Counted from the stretch's first letter, positions 21,175 to 29,897 are shown. The stretch: 64,000 nt of DNA from an uncultured Shewanella sp. (GCF_947501665.1 NZ_CANMWS010000011.1:1382-65381); one strand, 5' to 3'. Numbers and translations: made by a program. The notes: generated from the letters alone by a model not told the origin.

Positions 21175-21912
21175 ATGCCACAAGTAATTGAACTTATCGA
21201 CAATCTCATCTCACAAATTGAGCATTTTCAACGCACCAGCGCCACCGAAACTGACTCAACAACCCAGTCTGACAATCAACATACCGCACTTGATATTCAG
21301 CGACGCATTAATGAATGCCAAGGCACTATCGCGTTAACTCACTATGATCTTGCCAGCACTGACATAAACGAAGACAGCCTATCCTTGGATGACTCGCCCA
21401 ACATCAGCAAAAAACTGAATAAAATTGACAAACTCTATCAAAAAGCAACGATTGATTATAATATCAATATACAAGAAACATGCTTAATCACTAGCCAGCA
21501 AGACATGTTGACCAAAATGGACTTAGTGGATCATGATGGCGGTAAGACAAGCAAAACCAAATGGGTAATACGAGATGGCAATTTATATGTCGCCAGCCAT
21601 GCCCCTTGGCGACAGCCTACCACTCCATCTAGTGATGATAAGAAAAAAATTCATCATCCTGAATTTAGCATCAACACCTTCGACACCTTAAAAAATGATA
21701 TGGCACAAAAAGGTGTGTTTTGTGGTGGAGAGCTCAAAGTGAATGAAAACGGTAAAGTCATCTCGTTTAACATCGACTGCAGTTACACCAAAGAAAATGG
21801 AAACAGCGACACATATAAACAGCAAGCCAAAGAAAATGGTTACGCCAGTTTATTACACTTGAATCGATTAGGTTTGCTCCCTGATAACTTAGATGCGTTA
21901 GCGATTGGGTAA
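21175..21912 (+). CDS. Hypothetical protein (245 aa), no family recognised
   Basis: Long ORF in an AT-rich accessory context with no obvious SD. Confidence 0.45.
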   Translation: MPQVIELIDNLISQIEHFQRTSATETDSTTQSDNQHTALDIQRRINECQGTIALTHYDLASTDINEDSLSLDDSPNISKKLNKIDKLYQKATIDYNINIQETCLITSQQDMLTKMDLVDHDGGKTSKTKWVIRDGNLYVASHAPWRQPTTPSSDDKKKIHHPEFSINTFDTLKNDMAQKGVFCGGELKVNENGKVISFNIDCSYTKENGNSDTYKQQAKENGYASLLHLNRLGLLPDNLDALAIG

Positions 21913-22085
21913 AACCATAATAAACTGAACATTATTATGCGACCAAGGCCTATCATAGCCTTGGGTAATGTCCTGTATTGAGCGAATAATAAAACATAAT
22001 GCAATAGTGTATAAAAGCCCACTAAATGATGAACAACAGTAAGTCATTTCACTAAGAGTACAGGGTATCACTTGTCTTGTTTTCT

Positions 22086-22778
22086 TTAAAATAAATATGA
22101 AACCGCTAAATTAAACAAATTATTATTATAATAAGCCTTACCTGTCGTTGCAGTACTTCCACTTGTTTTAAGTACTGTTAAACGAGTCATTGAAGCTAAA
22201 CGGCGATACTCCATTGATAACCGTATACTAGGCATAATCTGATAACCCAAGCCAAAGATCATTTGATAAGAAACAACTGTACTCGTATGGCTTTCAGGCT
22301 GTATATAAGGTGTATCAATCCCAGCAAAGCCATTGTAGTCCGTGGTAGCAGTCAAACCACCTAGACCTGCTCCAATATAAGAAAACAGATTATTATTGAT
22401 TGGAATATCATAAAAACCATTCACACCGTACCATATTGCATTTTGCGATCCCTCCCAACTCTCATTATGGATATTATTGATATTATTATTAAGATAACTG
22501 ATTTGAAACTCAGGTCTAAAGATATCCATTTTTTTACCTACACTTAAACCGACATTCCACCCCCAAGTTTGAAAACCAGTAGTTTCACCTCCCCCATCAT
22601 GAAACAGAGAACTGGTGTAACCGACACTCTCATCTTGTATATATGCCCAGCCCCCCGATGCCGTTACATACCAATTTTCAGAACTTAATTGCATTGAGTT
22701 ATTAGCGTAAGTTGCAGTACTTGCTACAACAATGGTTAATAAACTACCGAGTATGAAATATTTACCTATTATTGACAC
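22086..22778 (-). CDS. Outer-membrane beta-barrel protein (OmpA-like/porin-family barrel)
   Basis: Signal peptide, alternating aromatic/Gly beta-strand pattern, and a C-terminal ...AVSYLF signature. Confidence 0.7.
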   Translation of the reverse strand: MSIIGKYFILGSLLTIVVASTATYANNSMQLSSENWYVTASGGWAYIQDESVGYTSSLFHDGGGETTGFQTWGWNVGLSVGKKMDIFRPEFQISYLNNNINNIHNESWEGSQNAIWYGVNGFYDIPINNNLFSYIGAGLGGLTATTDYNGFAGIDTPYIQPESHTSTVVSYQMIFGLGYQIMPSIRLSMEYRRLASMTRLTVLKTSGSTATTGKAYYNNNLFNLAVSYLF

Positions 22779-22865
22779 TGTATTCCCTTATAAAAATAAT
22801 TAGCTAAAATTCAATTTTACATAACAATAGAACCTACTTTTAAAAAAAGCAAAATATTAAAAAAT

Positions 22866-23964
22866 GGCGCTGTTGTATCAAAATGTTGTCTATACTTATT
22901 AGGTGAAGCTAATCGATTGAAGGTAATAGCAATGAAAACAAAATTATTTGTGAGTAAACTTAACCAAATAACAAAATCACTTATCTCTATGACCCCAGGC
23001 CAAAGAGAAGTCGTTCATCAGTCAATTCAAGCATTAGACACTGATATTGCTATCGATGAGCTCATTCAACCCCTTTTTGATGTATCAGCACAATGCCCAC
23101 ATTGTCACTCTGCTAAGTTCAAGAAGTGGGGAAAAGCAAGGATGATACAAAGATATCGTTGTAACGAATGTCATAAGACCTTTAATAATAAAACAAATAC
23201 TCCACTTGCGAAACTTCATAAAAGTCATCTATGGGAGAAATACGCTCACTGTATGGAGCTGAAGTTAACATTAAGAGAGGCTGCTAAAATATGTGGTATT
23301 AACCTTAAAACGGCATTTTTGTGGCGACATCGATTTCTCAGTGCGCAAGCTGGCAGAAATGATGACAAGCTATCTGGGATTATTGAAGCAGATGAGTTCT
23401 TTCTCGCTTATTCAGAAAAAGGCTCTAGAACCATTAGTCTGCCACGTGTAAGTAGAAAGCAAGGAGGTGATGTCGATAAAAGAACGAAAGAAGGACAAGT
23501 GGCAATATTGCTCTCAATAGACCGAAGCAAACATATGATAGCCCCTGTACTATCAGCGGATACTGCATCAGAAATAGCGACAAATTTATCCAAGAATATT
23601 GAGGTTAATTCAGTGCTTTGTAGTGATGGTTCATGGGCATATACAGGTATTGCCAAAGAAAGACAATGTGATCATAAGCGGCTAATAAATAATAAACAAA
23701 GAGTCATAGATGGCATCTACCATATTCAAACCGTCAATGGTGAGATAGCGAACTTCAAGGCTTGGGTAAATGGAAAAATGAAAGGCATCGCGACTAAGTA
23801 TTTGCCCAATTATCTCGGTTGGTTTAAAGAAAGCAGTCAAAAGCGAGATAGTCGACAAATATTACAATTGGCTTATGGTAGACAACAGCATTCTGGTACA
23901 TAGCCATAAAAATACACTAAGTACTTAGCTTAAAAGTTATTACGTATTTTGATGGATAATCCCC
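22866..23964 (+). mobile_element. IS1595-family insertion sequence (boundaries tentative)
   Basis: Single transposase ORF. Candidate imperfect IRs are GGCGCTGTTGTATCAAAATG (22866-22885) and the reverse complement of 23945-23964 (GGGGATTATCCATCAAAATA), matching at 13 of 20 positions. I could not identify a target-site duplication. Confidence 0.6.
22932..23903 (+). CDS. IS1595-family transposase (Zn-ribbon + ISXO2-like DDE domain)
   Basis: CPHCHS...CNECHKTF zinc ribbon followed by a DDE-type domain (EADEFF..., SDGSWAY...). The ATG at 22932 is preferred over the tracked TTG at 22917. Confidence 0.85.
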   Translation: MKTKLFVSKLNQITKSLISMTPGQREVVHQSIQALDTDIAIDELIQPLFDVSAQCPHCHSAKFKKWGKARMIQRYRCNECHKTFNNKTNTPLAKLHKSHLWEKYAHCMELKLTLREAAKICGINLKTAFLWRHRFLSAQAGRNDDKLSGIIEADEFFLAYSEKGSRTISLPRVSRKQGGDVDKRTKEGQVAILLSIDRSKHMIAPVLSADTASEIATNLSKNIEVNSVLCSDGSWAYTGIAKERQCDHKRLINNKQRVIDGIYHIQTVNGEIANFKAWVNGKMKGIATKYLPNYLGWFKESSQKRDSRQILQLAYGRQQHSGT

Positions 23965-24220
23965 CATAATATTTCAACACTATCTTTCTGTTATCAATAA
24001 TGACTGATATACTTTTATTGATATAAACCTTACTGTAAGAAATAGTTTGGGTTAATATATATTTCACTGTTTCTTTTGTTTATTCATTATTAAACCAATC
24101 GCCTAATAATAGCCAGCCATTATTAATCAGTAACATACTGAGGCCCCTTATTCAAAGTATTAGGAGTGCCATTAATTAAGGATGTCATTGTCTACTGTTA
24201 TGCGCCAAACTGATGTAGAA

Positions 24221-24246
24221 TGATATCGCTTAATTAAGCGATATCA
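24221..24246. other. Perfect 26-bp palindrome
   Basis: TGATATCGCTTAA|TTAAGCGATATCA, about 40 nt downstream of the 24287-24772 gene. It could be a hairpin terminator or a protein-binding site. Confidence 0.6.
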
Positions 24247-24286
24247 TATCTCTTAGTTATGCGTTATTTTTTAACCTTATTCTGAC

Positions 24287-24772
24287 TTAATATTTTTCAG
24301 ATGAGTTAGCAATCTTTGTGGCATCTTCAGCGCTTATTTTGCCAAACAGTGCGGCCATCATGAGACGAATGCGTTTCTCGGCATCCCCAAACTTACTGGG
24401 GTTCATGGTATAGGGAACATGAAAGTCCACTTCACCGACTTTTTGACCTTGCTGATAGGCTTTAATTTCAGCGTCCTGTAAATACAGCGCAAGATCCCAT
24501 CTCCAAAGGCCTTCATATTCAAGGGTCAATTGACTCAAGTCATGTTTTGACCCACTATTAACCACCTTATACACATAGTGATGCTCACTCAGCCAGTCTT
24601 CCATGGTTTGCAAAAAACCTTCTCGAGTCTTATCGTCTTTAACAATCACCACTTCCGCTTTATTGGTCATGACCTCAATGGGCTTGACCATATAACCCGG
24701 AGAGCCACAGCCAGATAACCCCACTAACAACATAAGAGCAAATAAAAACCGGTTACATCTTTTCATCATCAA
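24287..24772 (-). CDS. Lipoprotein, function unknown
   Basis: Lipobox (GLSGC); 161 aa. Confidence 0.6.
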   Translation of the reverse strand: MMMKRCNRFLFALMLLVGLSGCGSPGYMVKPIEVMTNKAEVVIVKDDKTREGFLQTMEDWLSEHHYVYKVVNSGSKHDLSQLTLEYEGLWRWDLALYLQDAEIKAYQQGQKVGEVDFHVPYTMNPSKFGDAEKRIRLMMAALFGKISAEDATKIANSSEKY

Positions 24773-24972
24773 TCTTCCTGATTATTCCTGCCGACACCTG
24801 TCGTTTGACACCGTCTCAATTATTATGAGGACGAATGTTAAAACAATATAAATCAATTGCATACTTTTACGTTACATTCTTTTCAACCACAGGTTATATC
24901 AGTAAACAGGCATAAATCACCTTGTGGCCAACTCATCATGAGTAATGTAATTATTGCTTCTAGGTTAAACAA

Positions 24973-25032
24973 GGGAAAGGGAAAGGGAAAGGGAAAGGGA
25001 AAGGGAAAGGGAAAGGGAAAGGGAAAGGAGAA
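24973..25032. repeat. Hexanucleotide microsatellite: (GGGAAA)9 plus one degenerate unit
   Basis: Read directly from the sequence. It is intergenic, about 200 nt upstream of the start of the 24287-24772 gene. Confidence 0.95.
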
Positions 25033-25270
25033 GTGCATCACTTGTTAAGCCTGTCCTATCTTTTTTCTTTAAAGAATGCTATTCACCATCACACCAAACC
25101 AATTCAGACATCCAAAACATCCAAAACATCCAAAATTAATTTTCAACACTATAATCCAAAGCTTCAAGATACAAGTGGTCAACTAATTCTGGCCACTTCA
25201 CAGCCAACATCGAAACAAACTAAAACGGGCTGAATATATGGGAGTGTCCATATGTGTCTTGATTGTTTCC
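25031..25270. repeat. Island repeat family 2, expanded copy (about 240 bp)
   Basis: Shares a 33-nt head (AAGTGCATCACTTGTTAAGCCTGTCCTATCTTT), GGCCACT..CAG, AACGGG and a 31-nt tail (GGGAGTGTCCATATGTGTCTTGATTGTTTCC) with 26133-26250. The extra interior contains the 9-bp tandem repeat. Confidence 0.75.
25108..25134. repeat. 9-bp tandem repeat (ACATCCAAA) x3
   Basis: Read directly from the sequence. Confidence 0.9.
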
Positions 25271-25291
25271 TATTGATATTATTGTTTCATA

Positions 25292-25654
25292 TTAAAGATC
25301 GGATGCAAAGGCACCTTCAACAACCAGCCCGATATTCTCTATTACCAAAGGAAGAATATCATCTGAGGTATTAATAAGACCATCACGCCCATAAGCTCTA
25401 ATATGATATTGATTTTCACTAATTAAATGATAATAAAGATATTGTGGTTCCTGCATCAATCCCTGCGAGGCATCATACAAAAATACCATGGCATTTTCAG
25501 GAAGAGATGCTTCTAATATTTGAAGTGTTTCTGGGTAATGACCATTTTGTACTTTATAAAACTCAATGGCTTGAATAACACTGGTTAAATGTATTTTTGT
25601 TTGTTTAACGACCAGATCATCATAGATCTCACCTTCAGAGAAATGACCCTTCAT
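25292..25654 (-). CDS. Hypothetical soluble protein (pseudopilin-like IQAIEFYKVQNGHYPETLQ segment)
   Basis: ATG at 25652-25654 (the tracked ORF starts at an upstream TTG). It overlaps the end of the preceding small membrane ORF in the +1 frame. Confidence 0.45.
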   Translation of the reverse strand: MKGHFSEGEIYDDLVVKQTKIHLTSVIQAIEFYKVQNGHYPETLQILEASLPENAMVFLYDASQGLMQEPQYLYYHLISENQYHIRAYGRDGLINTSDDILPLVIENIGLVVEGAFASDL

Positions 25655-25859
25655 TAACAACAGCAAAGTAACCTATAGATCCATATAAGATTAAAGTAAA
25701 ACCAATGCCAGCAATACCGACAGCCATTAACTTAGTATGCTTTATTAATACTCCCCAGATAATTGCTATTAGACCAAATAAAATGCCAAAGAAAGGGATA
25801 AATGACATTCCACCGATAATATAACCCAGACAACCAACGAACTTTTTTTCATATTCCAT
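25635..25859 (-). CDS. Small two-TM membrane protein
   Basis: ATG at 25857-25859 preceded by AAGGAAG, with two hydrophobic helices. Confidence 0.5.
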   Translation of the reverse strand: MEYEKKFVGCLGYIIGGMSFIPFFGILFGLIAIIWGVLIKHTKLMAVGIAGIGFTLILYGSIGYFAVVNEGSFL

Positions 25860-26132
25860 TATTAACAACTTCCTTATTGTTCACTGAAATTTTCCATGTT
25901 AAAAGCAAACATTAAAATACCACTCGCTCACGATAATGCAAACAAAATGTTAATTTAAAATATCAAGACGAATGTTCATAGCATGTACCTAAGGATATCT
26001 TTTTATTATTAATCAAAAACGAGAAAAGCAATGTACTTTTGTTGAGTTATAACAGGCTGACCACGCTCAATGAGAAGGATTGATGTGCTGGTAAATGAAC
26101 AACCACGTTTAACCTGATCTTGTTCAAATTAA

Positions 26133-26250
26133 AAGTGCATCACTTTTAAGCCCGTCCTATCTTTGGTTGGCCACTACAGTTTAATTTCTCGATGTAAAAA
26201 ATATCAGACATAACGCAACGGGAGTATTCAAATATGTCTTAGTTATTTTT
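26133..26250. repeat. Island repeat family 2, compact copy (118 bp)
   Basis: See 25031-25270. It ends 8 nt from the stop of the 26259-26705 gene. Confidence 0.75.
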
Positions 26251-26258
26251 ACTGCTTA

Positions 26259-26705
26259 TTAAGTATTTTTTACACTTAACCTTTCCCAACTCTGATAAGT
26301 ACCAATTGAATATAGAATACCTATAGTTAAACAAATACCAGAACTTACAAACCAAAAAGTTAAACTATTTTCTGGAAACATAGGCATAATTGCAAAAAAT
26401 GCGACACCTCGGACTAAATAAATTAGCGATATAACAATTAAACCAAATTTCAAAAAAGGAAGCCTAAAAAGGACCTTCGCACCAGAAAGAGCATACAAAG
26501 ACCAGAGAGATAAAACCAACACAATAATTAATGTAACTACACTTGGATACCAATGCCCATCTTCAGCCATTTTAGCCATTTGCTCACCAGCACCAAAAAA
26601 ACGATACCAGTCACCACCGAAAATAATACAACCTAAATGAGCTAAAGCCGCAATTGCACTCCCCATTGAGCCGATGATTAAAAGTTTATTCTTGCCTGAA
26701 TCCAT
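26259..26705 (-). CDS. Integral membrane protein (about 4 TM), function unknown
   Basis: Hydrophobic profile, with AAGGAAG SD upstream of the ATG. Confidence 0.6.
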   Translation of the reverse strand: MDSGKNKLLIIGSMGSAIAALAHLGCIIFGGDWYRFFGAGEQMAKMAEDGHWYPSVVTLIIVLVLSLWSLYALSGAKVLFRLPFLKFGLIVISLIYLVRGVAFFAIMPMFPENSLTFWFVSSGICLTIGILYSIGTYQSWERLSVKNT

Positions 26706-26721
26706 GAAGCTTCCTTAAATG

Positions 26722-26760
26722 CCTAACTTTTGTATAGTGTTCCTGCTCATTTATCACACA
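26722..26760. repeat. Island repeat family 1, partial copy (motif A only)
   Basis: CCTAACTTTTGTATA followed by TGTTCCTGCTCAT, 17 nt upstream of the 26705 start codon. Confidence 0.6.
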
Positions 26761-26906
26761 GACCGCTATTCGAATGATGAATAAAAACTGCCCCAACAGG
26801 CACTTGCACCCAGCAAAATCTATCAGACTTCCTTGACACACTAACGCCCAAAAACAACAGTGATACAAGTGACGCTGGAAATGCTATCGCTTGTATACCC
26901 GTAAAA

Positions 26907-27260
26907 CTACTCTTCTAAAAGAATAGTAAAACCACCATAGATTAAACGCTTACCATCAAAAGGCATGGGATTGTTATCAGGGTGCATCCTTGGATCGTCC
27001 ATCATTGCTTTCCAGCCAAGATCACGCACCGCTTTAGAAGGCCATGTGACCCAAGAAAACACAATTGATTCATTAGCTTCTCGTTTTACGGACAGTGGGA
27101 ATGACGTGATTTCACCTTCGGGAACATCATCTTCCCACGTTTCGACTATTGTTAATGCACCATTTTCTTTAAATACCATGGCTGACATTTTTGCGTGTTC
27201 AATGTACTTCTCTTTATTTAGGGTAGGTACAGCGGCGACAAATCCATCGACATAATGCAT
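26907..27260 (-). CDS. ybaA: DUF1428 protein, YbaA-like
   Basis: 117 aa, collinear with my recollection of E. coli YbaA (M.YVDGFV.AVP...MPFDGKR.IYGGF); strong AAGGAG SD. Confidence 0.85.
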   Translation of the reverse strand: MHYVDGFVAAVPTLNKEKYIEHAKMSAMVFKENGALTIVETWEDDVPEGEITSFPLSVKREANESIVFSWVTWPSKAVRDLGWKAMMDDPRMHPDNNPMPFDGKRLIYGGFTILLEE

Positions 27261-27365
27261 TTCAATCTCCTTAATGAGCGATAAATATAAACAGTCCCCT
27301 TCAACATAAACTCATCCATAAAGCCTAGTCGAAGGACATCAAATCTACTATTAATGATTACTGGC

Positions 27366-27448
27366 TATGCATGTAGCCCGTCCGCTTATACAGCAAAATG
27401 TCATTAATTAGTCAAATAACTAGGGTGTCTTGATTATTCTAGTTATGC
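27366..27448. repeat. Island repeat family 2, short copy
   Basis: TGCATGTAGCCCGTCC... and AGGGTGTCTTGATTATTCTAGTTATGC match the head and tail of family 2. It contains the hairpin ATAACTAG-15 nt-CTAGTTAT when read on the minus strand. Confidence 0.55.
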
Positions 27449-27452
27449 ATAT

Positions 27453-27737
27453 TTACGATATCTCAGGCCAACACTCAATTTTTGTGAAAACAATCCTATT
27501 AATTTTACCAACCCTATTGGTAAACCACGATTCTTTTACTAGAGTACCTCTGGCGATATCTCTCCAGATTTTAAAACCACGATGCCTGAAATTGTGATCA
27601 TTTCTCTCGTACTCTCCCGAAAAAGTATCGATCAAATCCCAGCGGTTCGATTCATGGAACCTTTTTTGAAGATCGTATCCCTTTTCAATATTATTTAATC
27701 TAGTATTTCGATCTGTACTGAATTCAATTTTATGCAT
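27453..27737 (-). CDS. Hypothetical protein (94 aa), no family recognised
   Basis: ATG with an AAGG SD. It is preceded by a family-1 repeat unit, like the neighbouring defence-like genes. Confidence 0.45.
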   Translation of the reverse strand: MHKIEFSTDRNTRLNNIEKGYDLQKRFHESNRWDLIDTFSGEYERNDHNFRHRGFKIWRDIARGTLVKESWFTNRVGKINRIVFTKIECWPEIS

Positions 27738-27756
27738 AGAACCTTAAACTAAGGCA

Positions 27757-27865
27757 TTTAATCTTTCTATACTGTCCATGTTCGATTACCGCAGCTCTTA
27801 CTTAACAAGCGGGCCAGTACTCTTTCTCAAAATAGACGTATGGCTAATACACTGTATTAGCAATT
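27757..27865. repeat. Island repeat family 1, full unit
   Basis: Motif A variant (CTTTCTATACTGTCCATGTTCG, 27763-27784) and motif B ending in the palindrome TAATACACTGTATTA (27845-27859). Confidence 0.7.
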
Positions 27866-28010
27866 AATAACTGATTAATTTACTCAATTATCACTCAATA
27901 CACCAGCCTTAACTCATACTAAGATCAGCATGCGTCTCAATCAATTTAACAATGGGTGGCTTGGTTGCTCCATGAAAATGCAAGACCTGACCCCCCATGT
28001 ATTTTATAAA

Positions 28011-28658
28011 TTAACCACATAACTTTAGACACCTTGGCTCTTGATTTTTTAAACGGAAATTTTCATTTGATACAAAGTTGTCTATTTCTGTTAATAACAG
28101 GTCTGTCGCCTGAGTTATAGACACAATATATTTCTCAATATTCTCCGAATCAGGAAGGATAGAATTTTCTCCATGTGCAATCCGGTTGCGAAACATAACA
28201 ATTCTGTCTATATCTCCGATTACACCTTTAAAAGACTCAAAATTAAAACCAAACACGGTACATAGCTCTTTAAGTACATTACTGTTTAAATTTGACTTTG
28301 TATCTATGTCTTTTTTAAAACTAATTTTTTTCTGAAATATCTCTATGAAACTGTCTGTAAAAACTACCTTTTGATCGAATGATTGTTTACCACTTAATGA
28401 ATTATATTTAGTTCCTAAACCAAGAACTATTAAATTTGTAGGCACTTCACTTGGGTTCAGTTTCAAGCTATTTAGGTAATCAATTAATAGTTTAAGAGAG
28501 CTAACAACATAGCCTTCCCAATGCGCATAAATCATAGGCAAACACATTCTATTCCACAAAGAACCATCCACTTTCTGAGGGTTCACTTTAAAAGTCGCTA
28601 ATTCTCCATCACGCCAGTTATTCTCTGCTTGAATTTCATCAATTAAATTATGCGTCAC
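28011..28658 (-). CDS. HEPN-domain protein (MAE_28990/MAE_18760-like predicted RNase)
   Basis: Alpha-helical, 215 aa, with an Rx4H motif in FRNRIAHGEN. The GTG start overlaps the upstream DUF262 gene by 11 nt. Confidence 0.65.
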   Translation of the reverse strand: MTHNLIDEIQAENNWRDGELATFKVNPQKVDGSLWNRMCLPMIYAHWEGYVVSSLKLLIDYLNSLKLNPSEVPTNLIVLGLGTKYNSLSGKQSFDQKVVFTDSFIEIFQKKISFKKDIDTKSNLNSNVLKELCTVFGFNFESFKGVIGDIDRIVMFRNRIAHGENSILPDSENIEKYIVSITQATDLLLTEIDNFVSNENFRLKNQEPRCLKLCG

Positions 28659-29700
28659 CTTTAAAAATCTCCAAGGCCCTATCCATACGCTTTCTAATTC
28701 TACCTGTTGAAAAAGTACTAGTACCTATACTGTTATAAACAGTATCATTTAGCAGAAGTCCAATTTTTTCGTCAATCGCATCTTCATTACCAATAACAGA
28801 TCCAAATGTTTTAGGTAAAGCGTAAGCTAATGAGTCAAAGATATGCAAAGCAAAATTACCTTTGGGTCTAAACACCGATTTTCCGTGTCTAGAAGCAATG
28901 TACTCAATAAATTGATTTAAGCTATTTTCTTCAAAATTTAAATCGAATGGTGTAGAAGCATTGGACACAGACTTCATGAATTCACTTAAAAATTGTGGAA
29001 CTGTCGTTTTAAAATCACCTTCGAGGTTTTTAAATGCAAAAAACCTTAAAGCTAACTCTTCTAGGAACATTTGCTCTAGCTTTGAATCACTAGGGCTAAT
29101 AATTTCAATAAATTCAGGCTTTTTAGCTACTTTTTTCAATATGCTATTTAAATCAACTTTGTAGCCTCTAAAAATACAATTTCTTATTTCTTGCTCAGAA
29201 AGTGGACTTGCACCTGTATTAAGACGATTAAATAATTCATATCTTATGTCTTCTTGGCTATCCCATTTTACAATTTCTACTCTACACACTGAGCGTTTAA
29301 TAGTTGTTTTAAGTTTTAATGGGAGTGTGCTGATAGTTGTATTTTCAAGCTCATTAACTAATTCACCTTGTGTGAGTATTGAATTGTTTTTCTCAGGCAA
29401 GGACTCCAACAAGCCAAAGAATGCAAATATTGATGAAATACGTTGAAGACCATCAACAACCTCCCATCTCCCATCATCATCTTCAGCTACAAATACAGGG
29501 GGAATTGGTATCCCAAGTAAAACGGATTCAATAAACCTTGTTTGTTGAAAAATAGACCACCTAAATACGCGTTGATACTCAGGTGAAATAAACAAATCAC
29601 CATCTTCAAACATATTCATCAACTCACCAAATGACATATCTAAACGATCTGTTTTTAAGGAGTTTCTTTTAAGAGCTATAGCTTCTTCTAACTTTGGCAT
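28648..29700 (-). CDS. DUF262 (ParB/GmrSD N-terminal-like) protein without a DUF1524 nuclease domain
   Basis: ISPEYQRVFRW and VVDGLQRISS motifs are characteristic of DUF262; 350 aa with an AGGGG SD. Confidence 0.8.
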   Translation of the reverse strand: MPKLEEAIALKRNSLKTDRLDMSFGELMNMFEDGDLFISPEYQRVFRWSIFQQTRFIESVLLGIPIPPVFVAEDDDGRWEVVDGLQRISSIFAFFGLLESLPEKNNSILTQGELVNELENTTISTLPLKLKTTIKRSVCRVEIVKWDSQEDIRYELFNRLNTGASPLSEQEIRNCIFRGYKVDLNSILKKVAKKPEFIEIISPSDSKLEQMFLEELALRFFAFKNLEGDFKTTVPQFLSEFMKSVSNASTPFDLNFEENSLNQFIEYIASRHGKSVFRPKGNFALHIFDSLAYALPKTFGSVIGNEDAIDEKIGLLLNDTVYNSIGTSTFSTGRIRKRMDRALEIFKGDA

Positions 29701-29777
29701 TTTATGCCCCTAATTTATGTATTATAAGATATTCGAATATTACCGCTTAGAGTAATCTAAAGTGAAGAGAATTATTT

Positions 29778-29872
29778 CCTAACTTTTGTATAATCTACAT
29801 AATCAACTACCACGTCAAAACAGTACTGTGACTAAAAATTAAAACATAGCTAATATACTGTATAGTATATAA
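29778..29872. repeat. Island repeat family 1, full unit
   Basis: CCTAACTTTTGTATA (29778-29792) and motif B ending in the palindrome TATACTGTATAGTATA (29854-29869). Confidence 0.7.
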
Positions 29873-29897
29873 TTTTTTAAAAACAGCCAACTTACTT

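Noticed and set aside
24857-25233. Plus-strand ORFs 24857-25048 and 25033-25233, which give a (GK)n run and a TSK repeat.
   Set aside because: They are translations of the GGGAAA microsatellite and the 9-bp tandem repeat. There is no SD, and they lie opposite in strand to all neighbouring genes.
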